This document shows positions 36,396 through 46,045 of a DNA stretch of 64,000 nt, one piece after another. Position numbers and translations under genes: made by a program. The DNA is from a virus (lineage: Duplodnaviria > Caudoviricetes). The notes below the pieces were generated by a model. That model did not search any database and had not been told where the DNA came from. It was given only the letters and a program-made list of their open reading frames with translations. The stretch spans positions 1-64,000 of IMG/VR virus record IMGVR_UViG_3300043177_000122. One strand, given 5' to 3'. The first letter of the stretch is position 1, and each line of letters opens with the position of its first letter.

Positions 36396-36717
36396 ACAAT
36401 CGCTCCGTAAGGAGAGGAAAGTCGGAGCTACACAGGACAATCTGCTGGCTAACGGCCAGGCGTAGTGATACGACGGAAAGTGCAACAGAAAATAAACCGC
36501 CCGCAATGGTAAGGGTGAAATGGCAGTGTAAGAGACTACCGCATTTATAGTGATATAAATGGCAAGGTAAACCCCAGATGTAGCAAGCTAAACAGAGAGT
36601 GACTTGTCCGGTCAATACTCTCGGGTTAGTGCTGGAGCAGCTAAGCAATTAGTTGCCAAGATTAATGATTGTCTCGATTAATAGACAGGACTCCGCTTAT
36701 AGGATTACTCCATTCAA
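36378..36717 (+). ncRNA. rnpB: RNase P RNA, bacterial type A
   Basis: P1 TTGAATGGAG/CTCCATTCAA; GAGGAAAGTCGGAGC; GGAAAGTGCAACAGAAA; AGGGTGAAA; GGTAAACCCC; ACAGGACTCCGCTTA with covarying P4. Confidence 0.93.
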
Positions 36718-36758
36718 GTTCCTGTTTCTTGACAAATAACAAATATATAAGGATTATA

Positions 36759-37451
36759 ATGGCAGATAAAGTTACCACTGTTAGCGCAAAGGGTTGCGTT
36801 GTAACAGATTTTGACACGGCTACATTTGCACTCTCATTTAATGAGTTTGCCCCCAAAGCGAAGGACGCAAAACTTAAGTTAAAGAAAGGCACGGCAAAAA
36901 TTACTGCTGTGCTTGATGAGCTTAAGAAACGAGGCTTGGAGTTTTTGACGAATAATTATCGTAGTAATGTTACTGTACAACCAAACTACGTTTATGATCG
37001 CAATACTCATCAACAGAGATTAGAAGGACAGAAAGCTACTTATTCTGTTACATTCCAGACACCTACATTGGAAATGGTCAATGAAGCATACGATGTGCTT
37101 TCTGAGATTGAGGTTAATGAGTTGACCATCAATTCTCCTACCTATTCAGTTAGGTCTGAGGCGCAGTTCAAACAACAAGCTCTAGAAGATGCTTGGAAGG
37201 TTGCACAAGTTCTATTCGCAAACCAATGTAAAGTTCTTGGTTTTGATGAGAAAAAGTTCTCTGTTGATAGTTGGCAAGTTAACTATAGTGGTTATGACCA
37301 TGGTGGTTTTGCTAAGGGACGTAGCTATTCAAATGCTGTAATGGCAGGTGGTGCAGGTCCCGAAATGAGCGATGACGCTATTGAATTAAATGCGGGCCGT
37401 GCTATTATTGAAGTAGTTCTTACTGTCGATTACGTTCGTTCTGGATCATGA
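36759..37451 (+). CDS. SIMPL (DUF541) domain protein
   Basis: VSAKG…D.A….F, KQQALEDAW, IIEVVLTVDY; ATG 36759 lies downstream of rnpB. Confidence 0.7.
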   Translation: MADKVTTVSAKGCVVTDFDTATFALSFNEFAPKAKDAKLKLKKGTAKITAVLDELKKRGLEFLTNNYRSNVTVQPNYVYDRNTHQQRLEGQKATYSVTFQTPTLEMVNEAYDVLSEIEVNELTINSPTYSVRSEAQFKQQALEDAWKVAQVLFANQCKVLGFDEKKFSVDSWQVNYSGYDHGGFAKGRSYSNAVMAGGAGPEMSDDAIELNAGRAIIEVVLTVDYVRSGS

Positions 37452-38131
37452 AAATTAAGCTAGCCTATCCAAAAATTCCTGACACATTAGATTGCCCACT
37501 CAAGCAATGTATTGCGTTTGAGAAGCTAGATGGAACTAATCTGCATTGGCTTTGGAGTAAGGATAAAGGTTGGCATGCATTTGGAACTCGTCGAGATAGG
37601 TTTAACTTAGATGAACAAGGGATTGTTTCTTTCAATCAAGCTCACCCTGGTTTGGAAGAAGCAGTCTCTCTGTTCAATAAATCATATGCTCATCTTGAAG
37701 AATATCCAATCTCTCATAAGTATGGTCCCGGAGAGGTAATCTTATTCACTGAATTTTTAGGAAACAAATCTTTCGCGGGCAGCCATCAAAAAGATGATCC
37801 AAAAAGATTGGTCTTGTTTGATGTGCAAACTACTAATGGAATTATACCACCTGATCAATTTATAATTGATTTTGGACAATTTGAAGATATTCCTGAAAAT
37901 ACTTCTGGAAATAAAATTGCAGGTTTTCATATTCCTAAAATTGTTTTTTCTGGAAAGTTTTCCGGACAACTCTTTGTAGATGTAAGAAAAAACAAATTTA
38001 ATCTAAATGAAGGCGTGGTAGTTAAAGGGGTTTTTAGTGGTCAGATTTATATGGCTAAGATAAAAACAGAAGCCTATTTAGAGCGCCTGAAGAAAGAAAT
38101 GCCAAACGATTGGAAAAATTACTGGGAATGA
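37448..38131 (+). CDS. Rnl2-like RNA ligase / nucleotidyltransferase
   Basis: motif I EKLDGTN, EFLG, LFDV, EGVVVK, MAKIK. Confidence 0.75.
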   Translation: MKIKLAYPKIPDTLDCPLKQCIAFEKLDGTNLHWLWSKDKGWHAFGTRRDRFNLDEQGIVSFNQAHPGLEEAVSLFNKSYAHLEEYPISHKYGPGEVILFTEFLGNKSFAGSHQKDDPKRLVLFDVQTTNGIIPPDQFIIDFGQFEDIPENTSGNKIAGFHIPKIVFSGKFSGQLFVDVRKNKFNLNEGVVVKGVFSGQIYMAKIKTEAYLERLKKEMPNDWKNYWE

Positions 38132-38198
38132 GCCGGACATAAATAAACCAATTGTATAATTTGATTTAGAAAGATCAATTCTTTTTCTTTTGATTTTG

Positions 38199-38226
38199 TT
38201 GACACTACTGGATTCGTGTATATAGT
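38199..38226 (+). promoter_or_regulatory. sigma70-like promoter
   Basis: TTGACA-16 nt-TATAGT. Confidence 0.5.
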
Positions 38227-38271
38227 ATATAAATATACACGAGGTATGTCCTCTAATTTCGGAGAATAACG

Positions 38272-38604
38272 ATGAGTTCAAAAGATGTCGAGCGTATGAC
38301 CGCTTTTTCCAAAGAAGTTTATGAAGCTGCTGAGCATGCCGTTCAGGCAATGGCTGAAGGCGAACGCATTCAAATCAAACAACTGGCACAAGTAGTTGGA
38401 TTGGCTTTAGCTAAGGACCCAAAGGATGTTTTAGGTTTTGTCAATCATTACGCCCATGACAATAGCCTTTCTTACGTAACACGCGGAAAGAATGGTGGTA
38501 TCATTAGGGGCACTAAGCCAGCCAAAGTAGTCAAGGCACCTAAACGCCAAAAGAAAGCTGATACAATTGTAACAGATTCGGTTGTTGATCCTGCGACTAA
38601 CTAA
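38272..38604 (+). CDS. putative winged-helix-like protein, paralog of 4108..4542
   Basis: VTRGKNGGI plus basic tail. Confidence 0.5.
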   Translation: MSSKDVERMTAFSKEVYEAAEHAVQAMAEGERIQIKQLAQVVGLALAKDPKDVLGFVNHYAHDNSLSYVTRGKNGGIIRGTKPAKVVKAPKRQKKADTIVTDSVVDPATN

Positions 38605-38632
38605 TGAGTAAAGAGCGAGGTGTTCTAGCTCA

Positions 38633-38965
38633 ATGACATTTGTTCATTATAATGGTAAGATAGTTAATACTACTATTATTGAATGGATAGATTATCATAA
38701 TCTTGCCAAAATGGGTTACATCAGGGTATATTGTAAAGATTCTGTTGGTGAAGTTGTTGAAGGGCCGGAAGCTTTCAATATCGTTATGTTATTGTGTCCT
38801 GATGCATTAGAGGGGCATGATGCGAAATATCATCGTCATGCCTGGGCCATTCATAATTTAATTGGGCACCCCTTGATGCAGTTGCTGTCGTGGTTACGTT
38901 TGTCGTCCCTGGCAATCAAAGTTCATGATGCTACGGTGCCTAACCCAAAGATTATCAATGGATAG
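38633..38965 (+). CDS. hypothetical protein
   Basis: ORF track. Confidence 0.6.
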   Translation: MTFVHYNGKIVNTTIIEWIDYHNLAKMGYIRVYCKDSVGEVVEGPEAFNIVMLLCPDALEGHDAKYHRHAWAIHNLIGHPLMQLLSWLRLSSLAIKVHDATVPNPKIING

Positions 38966-39302
38966 AACAATTGGAACACTCTCAGTTTTACCGTCAGATC
39001 AGTTACTTGAACTTCAACAACTGACAGCGGATGAGAAGCGAAGATACATTCAAGCTGGGTATGCCGATTTTACGCTCCAACAATTAGTTTTGTTTCGAGC
39101 GGATGGCACGAGTGTTATAGCTCCGTTCGCAATGTTTGAGCCAACTCCAAACGAAACCCCAGATTTCCATGATCTTGAAATCATTGATTATGGTCAGGCC
39201 GTGCGTCTCGGGAGCTATGAAGCGAGCGCCAGATCCATCCTCATTGATTTGGATCCTGAGTATAAAAAATATTGCGACTCGATTAGACGAGATACTAATT
39301 AG
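38925..39302 (+). CDS. hypothetical protein
   Basis: ORF track. Confidence 0.55.
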   Translation: MMLRCLTQRLSMDRTIGTLSVLPSDQLLELQQLTADEKRRYIQAGYADFTLQQLVLFRADGTSVIAPFAMFEPTPNETPDFHDLEIIDYGQAVRLGSYEASARSILIDLDPEYKKYCDSIRRDTN

Positions 39303-39315
39303 ACCGAAAATTTGA

Positions 39316-39898
39316 TTGACCGTAAGTTATATCATATGTATGGCTCGCTCACTTTATGACATACCAAACGCTTGCATATGTTCGATTTACGTAATCAAAA
39401 ATTCAGTAAACAATAAAGTTTATGTTGGCCAAACATGGCGCTCAATCGAACGCAGATTTCAAGTACATTTACAGAGTAGTACCGCTAACCATTGTTTAAA
39501 GCTTCGCAGAGCTATCAATAAATATGGTAGCAAAAAAATTTCACATTGAACTATTAACTTTTTGCCATTCTCAAGAGATAGCTGATTATTGGGAAATCTT
39601 TTTTATCAGGAAGTTTGATAGCGTGAAGAATGGATACAATATACTTGAGTTTGCTAACAATCGTAAAGGCACTAAACACTCAATAAAAACTAAGAGAAAA
39701 ATGTCAGTAGCCCGCAAAGGTGAGAATAACGCTAATTCAATATTAGAGACTTGGCAAGTAGACCAAATTAGGAATGAGTATGAGAATTACTCAAACCCTA
39801 AAACTGGAAGTAAATATGGTGCAATAACTTTTCTTTCTAAGAGGTACAGAGTGGGGATTTCAACAATTTTTGAAATAGTAAAAGGTCAGGCTTGGTGA
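39316..39898 (+). pseudogene. GIY-YIG homing endonuclease, frameshifted near 39535
   Basis: SIYVIKN…YVGQT…RRF..H; continues as EIFFI…NGYN, NUMOD3 HSIKTKRKMS. Confidence 0.8.
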
Positions 39899-40437
39899 TG
39901 CCTACTCACTTGGAGATAGAGAGAAAGTTCTTGGTCAAATTTCCGTCAGATTGGTCAGCACTTGCTGAGTTGTTTGATGGTATAGTAGATGTAAAACGCA
40001 TCTCTCAAACTTATTTAAAACCAGAACCTGGCGAACAAGCTGGACGAGTAAGAAAAACAGTAGAAGGGATAACTGGTGAGACTGAAACTGTATACCACCA
40101 TAATCAAAAGAAGCCAACAGGCGATACTGGAGTGCATGAAGAAACCGAATCTGAAATTACAGAGAAGGAGTACAACCAGGCACTTAAGAGAGCAAACCCT
40201 GATAAATGCGCTGTTGAAAAGACCAGATTCGTTTTTAAGTGGCACGATCAAGTTTTTGAGCTTGACCTATTCAAAGGGCACCTCAAGGGGTTGGCTATAC
40301 TGGAAATTGAATTAAAAGATAAAGATGATACGGTGGAGTTACCACCATTTTTAAAAGTAATTAAAGAAGTAACTAAGGATAAAAAGTTTACTAATTTTAG
40401 TTTGGCGGATAAGAAGTTAAAAGAAAGACGTGAGTGA
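39892..40437 (+). CDS. CYTH-domain (triphosphate tunnel) protein
   Basis: LEIERKFLV, EKTR, ELDLF, LEIE. Confidence 0.88.
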   Translation: MVMPTHLEIERKFLVKFPSDWSALAELFDGIVDVKRISQTYLKPEPGEQAGRVRKTVEGITGETETVYHHNQKKPTGDTGVHEETESEITEKEYNQALKRANPDKCAVEKTRFVFKWHDQVFELDLFKGHLKGLAILEIELKDKDDTVELPPFLKVIKEVTKDKKFTNFSLADKKLKERRE

Positions 40438-40440
40438 TTT

Positions 40441-40656
40441 ATGGGAAAACTAAAGGGTCTTTCAGCTCAAATTACTGAAATGTTGGACAAGATTCTCCCC
40501 GATGAGATGTGTTGTGCAATTGTTTTGATTGATCTGAAAGAAAAAGAAGTATCTACTGTCTCTAATCTTTCTGATGAAAGCATCATAGTTTTATTGGAAA
40601 AAGCTGCTGAAGCCATGAGAACTCCTGAAGAAGTAGATGATTTGAAAATGAATTAA
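40441..40656 (+). CDS. hypothetical protein
   Basis: ORF track. Confidence 0.55.
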   Translation: MGKLKGLSAQITEMLDKILPDEMCCAIVLIDLKEKEVSTVSNLSDESIIVLLEKAAEAMRTPEEVDDLKMN

Positions 40657-40692
40657 GCATACTAATAATCGGATATATAATACACAGCATTA

Positions 40693-40769
40693 GGTGGCAG
40701 TACCCAATCGGATAAGGGAGCTGTCTGCAAAACAGCTATGAGCTGGTTCGACTCCAGCCTGCGACTCCA
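40693..40769 (+). tRNA. tRNA-Cys(GCA)
   Basis: GCTGT-CTGCAAA-ACAGC; U73, CCA. Confidence 0.88.
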
Positions 40770-40777
40770 TCGCCTAC

Positions 40778-40867
40778 GGAAGGGTGCGTGAGTGGCTTAA
40801 ACGGCTACCCTGGAAAGGTAGTGACCTCGCAAGGGGTCCGAGGGTTCGAATCCCTCCTCTTCCGCCA
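40778..40867 (+). tRNA. tRNA-Ser(GGA)
   Basis: long variable arm; loop CTGGAAA; GCCA end. Confidence 0.95.
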
Positions 40868-40878
40868 AACCATAATAC

Positions 40879-40968
40879 GGAAACGTGACCGAGAGGCTTA
40901 TGGTACTCGTCTTGAAAACGAGAGATCCTGAAAGGGGTCCGTGGGTTCGAATCCTACCGTTTCCGCCA
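40879..40968 (+). tRNA. tRNA-Ser(TGA)
   Basis: long variable arm; loop CTTGAAA; GCCA end. Confidence 0.95.
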
Positions 40969-40981
40969 AAGGTAATTAACA

Positions 40982-41179
40982 ATGTGTTATTTGTGTTTAG
41001 AAGATTTTGAATTCGAATTACCTGCCAATCCTAATTTAGATCAGAAAAAGGAAAGGCTTGTAACTATTAAATACCTGCTAAATTTAGCTTCATGGGCCAG
41101 TGCATTTGAGCTTCCTACTTGTGAAGGAAAAGTGGAAGAATTGAAGGCAGAACAATATAGATTGAGCAGAGATTTTTAA
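40982..41179 (+). CDS. hypothetical protein
   Basis: ORF track. Confidence 0.45.
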   Translation: MCYLCLEDFEFELPANPNLDQKKERLVTIKYLLNLASWASAFELPTCEGKVEELKAEQYRLSRDF

Positions 41180-41426
41180 TTTAGGCAAGTATAATGGAAA
41201 ATCCAGCAACGTGGACTCCGCTTCATCATGAGATTCATGAAGCGTATTATAGATCTCCAGATGGAACTAGTGCAGTTCTAAAAGTATTACAAAACCATAA
41301 TTATCGTGTTACAGCGGAACAAGTTCAAGCTGTTATTAATTAGCACAATGAAGATATGGAACAACATATTTGTGGATTATCCTTGCCATCTATGGTAGTA
41401 AATGCATTGGCCAAGGAAGAAAACAA

Positions 41427-42347
41427 ATGGTAAAAAGAATTGCAACTTTAGTTGGCTGTGCTGTTGGCGATGCGCTAGGCAACCCATTTGAGATGTGGCA
41501 TGTCTCTAAGCAAGGTCTCAAAGAATGGGATGGTCAGTTTAAGGCTGGTGGTACCTTTTGGGTCGGTGAAGCCGGTCAATATACTGATGATACCCTTATG
41601 AGTTTAGCTTTAGCTGGTTCTTTGCTTGAGAAGCAATGTTTTGATCAGGACCATGTTGCTGCTCAGTATCTAGCTTGGATGGAATCTGGTAACACCCGAG
41701 GCATTGGAGTAACCACTGCTAGGGCTCTTACAGGGCTCAAGATGGGCGCGACAGTTGAAGAGGCTGGCGTTACTCATCAGGAAGATGGAAAGCTTACTGG
41801 AGGTAATGGAACAGCTATGAGGGCATCTCCAATTGGTCTCTGGTATCGCAAAGATGTTGAAAAGTTAATCGAAGTAGCAATGGCTGATGCCACTATTACT
41901 CACAATTCATTCGAGCCAAAGATGGGTTCAGTGGCTGTTGCATTAGGTACAGCACTAATTGCCAATGGTTTAGATGACCGTATTGAAGTTGTTAGAACGG
42001 TTGCGGATATTGTTTCTGATTCTCTAGTAAAAGACAAATTACTGCTTGCTCTAAGGCACCTAGAAGAAGGGACCGATAATTTCGAGGCCCTTGCGGAGAT
42101 CGGCGTCAATGGCTATGCTCCTGAAACGGTTGGCGCAGCATTTTATTGTTTAGGCGCGAACAATAATTATAGAGATGTTGTAGTGTTAGCAGTCAAGGCT
42201 GGTGGAGATACCGATACTACTGCGGTAATAGCTGGGGCAATGGCCGGGACTTTATATGGATTAGAGGGCATTCCAGCGGAAGATAAAGTAGAGAATTTTG
42301 AGTTATTACAATCTTTGACAGACGAACTTGTCAATAACGAGATATAA
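41427..42347 (+). CDS. ADP-ribosylglycohydrolase (DraG/ARH family)
   Basis: GCAVGDALG, YTDDT, GNGTAMR, TH, GGDTDTTA. Confidence 0.93.
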   Translation: MVKRIATLVGCAVGDALGNPFEMWHVSKQGLKEWDGQFKAGGTFWVGEAGQYTDDTLMSLALAGSLLEKQCFDQDHVAAQYLAWMESGNTRGIGVTTARALTGLKMGATVEEAGVTHQEDGKLTGGNGTAMRASPIGLWYRKDVEKLIEVAMADATITHNSFEPKMGSVAVALGTALIANGLDDRIEVVRTVADIVSDSLVKDKLLLALRHLEEGTDNFEALAEIGVNGYAPETVGAAFYCLGANNNYRDVVVLAVKAGGDTDTTAVIAGAMAGTLYGLEGIPAEDKVENFELLQSLTDELVNNEI

Positions 42348-42361
42348 TAAGAGTATAGCAC

Positions 42362-42451
42362 GGAAGATTGGTAGAGAGGCCAATTACGTCAGTTTGCTAA
42401 ACTGAAGCTCGGGAAACCGGGCCACAGGTTCGAATCCTGTATCTTCCGCCA
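42362..42451 (+). tRNA. tRNA-Ser(GCT)
   Basis: TCAGT-TTGCTAA-ACTGA; long variable arm; GCCA end. Confidence 0.95.
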
Positions 42452-42532
42452 CAACTAACTAATAGGATGTTGCCGATCCATATCGGAGTATGAGAACCCA
42501 GCATATGTGGACTATAGGGGTTAGTTGATTTT

Positions 42533-42622
42533 GGAAATGTGGGTGAGTGGATGAAACCACCTGTCTCGAAAACAGGCGCTCCTTAATTGGAGCCAAGAGT
42601 TCGAATCTCTTCATTTCCTCCA
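42533..42622 (+). tRNA. tRNA-Ser(CGA), U73
   Basis: CCTGT-CTCGAAA-ACAGG; long variable arm; TCCA end. Confidence 0.9.
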
Positions 42623-42628
42623 AGATAC

Positions 42629-42699
42629 GGGTCGGAGCACAGGGTGCAATAGAGCCTCCAAAACTCTGGAAGAGGGTTCGATTCCCTCCTGGCCTGCCA
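42629..42699 (+). tRNA. tRNA-Trp(CCA), short D loop
   Basis: loop CTCCAAA; GAGGG-TTCGATT-CCCTC; GCCA end. Confidence 0.8.
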
Positions 42700-42752
42700 A
42701 GAACACTAGCCCCGCTTCTGAAAAGGAGTCGTGGCTTTAGCTTTATAGGGCT

Positions 42753-42989
42753 ATGAAAAGAAGCGCAGCAATTCTTGAATGGAATAAGAAAACTAATAAA
42801 GAAGAGTGGCGTATAATTAACAATCCAACTATTGGTGACATTAGAAATCTTCGGCAAAAGGGCGCTATTATTATGCGCCAGATTATCGAGCGGAATAGAA
42901 ATGAAATCAATAAATATTGGATTACTGATTCTGGCAGAGTAGTTGTACAAACTACAGAATATCTTTGTAGTTGTAGGTGCTGTCATTAA
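42753..42989 (+). CDS. hypothetical protein
   Basis: ORF track. Confidence 0.5.
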   Translation: MKRSAAILEWNKKTNKEEWRIINNPTIGDIRNLRQKGAIIMRQIIERNRNEINKYWITDSGRVVVQTTEYLCSCRCCH

Positions 42990-43001
42990 GGAGCTTGATA
43001 G

Positions 43002-43559
43002 ATGGATTTTAACGAAGGTATGGATACCCTAAGCAAACTGTGTAAGGGTAAGGATTGGTTTTACGATGTTGGGGCTGATCAGTATGGCCGCTACGTTGTA
43101 TATGTAAAGTATATGTGCGAAGAAACGCTCCACAGTATTCCGGACACGATTGCTGGCAAGCAAGTCCTAGTGCATTTTGCCGCGTCCAAAACAGCCACTC
43201 GCGAGCAGTTTGTTGAAACTCCCGCCCCGAAGCTCAATTTATCTCCCTCAGAATTTATTCAAAAGACTCGCGAGGCCCAAGCACAAGACATTGATGTTGG
43301 TGTTGGTCAAATGCTCGATGAATTAGATGTTGGCTCAATGAACACTGAAGAATTGAGTATGCGATATCTTGAAGACGAGTTGGATAGTCTTGAGAAGATT
43401 TGTGGAAGCAATTGTCTTCAAGATATCTTCTACGAGATCCAAGATGGACGGAATGCCGTTACAAATCACTCCCTACACTATCCTGATGTTAGATCTAGAA
43501 TGGAGAAGCTATATCTCAAGTATGGCTTTGACGTAATATACGAAAGTTTGGACGGTTGA
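43002..43559 (+). CDS. hypothetical protein
   Basis: AAGGAG RBS. Confidence 0.65.
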   Translation: MDFNEGMDTLSKLCKGKDWFYDVGADQYGRYVVYVKYMCEETLHSIPDTIAGKQVLVHFAASKTATREQFVETPAPKLNLSPSEFIQKTREAQAQDIDVGVGQMLDELDVGSMNTEELSMRYLEDELDSLEKICGSNCLQDIFYEIQDGRNAVTNHSLHYPDVRSRMEKLYLKYGFDVIYESLDG

Positions 43560-43821
43560 TATGTCAGAATCAGATGAACTAACAAAAGCAGAAAAAGCTT
43601 TAGCAGACATTTTTAAAGCCGCTGATGATGCCATGGGAGAACCAGGCATGCCAGGTAAAGCTTTGATATCTTTTAGATGGATCAAAAAGTTAGCTGAGCG
43701 AGGACTTGGCAAATCAGAGGACTAAGTGTCATGGAAGAATCTCCTTACCCACAAATTGATAAGATACGCACTAAGTTTGATGCAAATGAACCTCTCTCTT
43801 TAAGAGAGGCTGCTTGGGTTT

Positions 43822-44040
43822 TTGGCAGAGCTTGGTTCTTGCTGGACTCCAATCTATTTATTTGCTGATTGGTCAAAGAAAAATCATATTCCTCTTACTC
43901 AAAAGTTTCGTTGGCCAGTATGGAAAAATCTGTTCAAAACATTTATGGAAGTAGATTACCCTACAGTTCGTGATAATGTTGATCTAATTGTGAATCTTCA
44001 TAAGATGAACATCAATAAACTATTTGGTAAACTAGAATGA
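43822..44040 (+). CDS. hypothetical protein, possibly the 3' part of a frameshifted gene
   Basis: ORF track. Confidence 0.35.
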   Translation: MAELGSCWTPIYLFADWSKKNHIPLTQKFRWPVWKNLFKTFMEVDYPTVRDNVDLIVNLHKMNINKLFGKLE

Positions 44041-44043
44041 GTA

Positions 44044-44370
44044 ATGCCAAAAAAAGCAATTAGAAAGTATTTTCGTGATGCCTGTTACAAACGTGACGGG
44101 TTTCGTTGCGCTGTTTGTGGTATGAAGTCTTCTCTGGACAAAGCTGAGGAAGAGTTAGATGCGCACCATATCACAGACAGGCGAGAAATGCCGAATGGTG
44201 GCTATGTCAAAGAGAACGGAATCTCTTTGTGTCCAGATTGTCATCAAAAGGCTGAAGGATACCATTCGACCGGAACGGTTGTGGAGGGATACGCACCGGA
44301 CGATCTCTATAAGAAAATCAATTCCAATTATGAAAAGGCGGTTGAAGCTAGCAAGAAATTGAATTCCTGA
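44044..44370 (+). CDS. small HNH endonuclease
   Basis: CAVC, LDAHHI, NGISLCPDCH. Confidence 0.85.
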   Translation: MPKKAIRKYFRDACYKRDGFRCAVCGMKSSLDKAEEELDAHHITDRREMPNGGYVKENGISLCPDCHQKAEGYHSTGTVVEGYAPDDLYKKINSNYEKAVEASKKLNS

Positions 44371-44485
44371 TATATGCTATAATGGGTGCAATCTTCTAAT
44401 AAGATCGCATAGTAAATATTAGCCAAACACATATAGGAGGTATTCTAATTCTTGAAATTACTCTAACGCTTTAACTTTTCATAAT

Positions 44486-44857
44486 ATGGAGTTGATCATG
44501 ACTCTTGATGAATTTGAATCTCTGAACGCACTTGAAACTTCAACCTCAGAAGAGAAGGATGATGAATTCAGTATCCCTCTCGATATCACAGATATCATCA
44601 GCATTTGCAAAGACTTTAATAGTCTCGGTTGGCAAATTCAAACTCAAGTAGAGAATATACTAGAAGTTGGCGTGGAAGAAGCAATTAAAAGCGGTAATGT
44701 CAAGAAAGAATCCTTACCTAGGATTAAGTTTTTCTTACGCAAGATTTGTGGAAATGCATATTTTGGTGATGCTGTAAGTCAAGCACAAGATTGCATTAGG
44801 CTTATCCAAGACTATGAAGAAGCACATCAAATTAAATATGCTTCTAATTATAATTAA
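44486..44857 (+). CDS. hypothetical protein
   Basis: ORF track. Confidence 0.6.
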   Translation: MELIMTLDEFESLNALETSTSEEKDDEFSIPLDITDIISICKDFNSLGWQIQTQVENILEVGVEEAIKSGNVKKESLPRIKFFLRKICGNAYFGDAVSQAQDCIRLIQDYEEAHQIKYASNYN

Positions 44858-44870
44858 CAACACTTAACAT

Positions 44871-44900
44871 AGTCGGGGGCGTAATAGCCCCCGACTCTTT
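44871..44900 (+). terminator. intrinsic terminator
   Basis: AGTCGGGGGC-GTAATA-GCCCCCGACT then CTTTT. Confidence 0.75.
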
Positions 44901-44904
44901 TATC

Positions 44905-45318
44905 ATGGAAAGAATCTTCGACCAAGAACAGTTTGCTAAAAACATTTATGTTATTCGACATAAATTGGGCGAATTAAAAATAATCAGTGGTCATCGTTGG
45001 GAATATCAAGTAGGACAGTATACTGTCATCATTTATCCATATGATATTGGAGATGTCCCACCAGCCGATATTGACAACATTCTCAAGCGAGACAAGGTAA
45101 GTGTTGTGTTGAATGAGCGCTCTAAATTAGGAGTAGTTTCTAGTATATCTCTGCTTGATGATCCCAGATTCAAAAACTATGAGCCAATTCAATATAATGT
45201 CATTGAATCTCCTGGAGGCAGACTCAATTTAAGTAATGGGGATAATATGCCCATTCTTCATCTCTGTGAACTTATTCGTTATCTTCATCGTTTGTCAAAC
45301 CTAACAGCATTTATGTGA
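44905..45318 (+). CDS. hypothetical protein
   Basis: ORF track; ends LxAFM/LKAFL like 57168..57572 and 46275..46478. Confidence 0.55.
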   Translation: MERIFDQEQFAKNIYVIRHKLGELKIISGHRWEYQVGQYTVIIYPYDIGDVPPADIDNILKRDKVSVVLNERSKLGVVSSISLLDDPRFKNYEPIQYNVIESPGGRLNLSNGDNMPILHLCELIRYLHRLSNLTAFM

Positions 45319-45325
45319 GGAAATT

Positions 45326-45517
45326 ATGGATATCTTGGATAATGAGAAGATATATCTGTTAGTTAAGGATTATCCTATCCGTGATGTTCTTGTTGCTTTA
45401 CAAACGGCAATTAATAAAAGAACAAATGAGCTAGTTGATCTGAATGATGGGCATTCAGATATAGCCAAAGAATTGAGTGTAGTTGCTCATCATTTAAGCA
45501 TCTTTGCAGGAACATGA
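45326..45517 (+). CDS. hypothetical protein
   Basis: GAGG RBS. Confidence 0.5.
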   Translation: MDILDNEKIYLLVKDYPIRDVLVALQTAINKRTNELVDLNDGHSDIAKELSVVAHHLSIFAGT

Positions 45518-46014
45518 TTGCTATTCTTATTACAGCCATAGTTGCCTTCTTCGTTACCAGTTTATTTGGTTATGTGGCCCATCGATCATTACATCAACCT
45601 TGGACCGGAGAACTTAATAAGAAACATATGACTCATCATCTGACACTGTATCCACCTAGTGATTATGTTTCAGAGAAATATAGAAATGCAGGCACTGATA
45701 ATACAGTTATTACATTTTCTGTATTGTCAATACCAGTAGTGGCTACCCCAATTATTTTGGGGGTACTAGGTATATTGCCATTATCGCTAGTTATTACAGC
45801 TCTAGTTGTAATGGGTGTTATGGCATTTCTTCATAATTATATTCACGACGCTTTTCATATTAGAAACCATTTTCTAAGTCGAATTCCAGGACTTAGGAAT
45901 ATCTTTGCATACTGGAACCGCTTGCATTATCTACACCACGTTGATATGCAAAAGAACTTTGGAATCTTCTTATTCCATTGGGATCACGTCTTCAAAACAT
46001 TTTGGAAGAATTAA
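45514..46014 (+). CDS. fatty acid hydroxylase / sterol desaturase family membrane enzyme
   Basis: His boxes HRSLH, HMTHH, HNYIH, HYLHH; NFG..W D..F.T tail; TM segments. Confidence 0.85.
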   Translation: MIAILITAIVAFFVTSLFGYVAHRSLHQPWTGELNKKHMTHHLTLYPPSDYVSEKYRNAGTDNTVITFSVLSIPVVATPIILGVLGILPLSLVITALVVMGVMAFLHNYIHDAFHIRNHFLSRIPGLRNIFAYWNRLHYLHHVDMQKNFGIFLFHWDHVFKTFWKN

Positions 46015-46045
46015 CATTTAGCTGTGGTAGGAAGGAGTAGTAACT

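Noticed and set aside
36367-36892. ORFs 36367..36648 (-), 36662..36892 (-) and the 5' extension of 36669..37451
   Set aside because: They overlap RNase P RNA or the SIMPL gene; ATG 36759 is the better start
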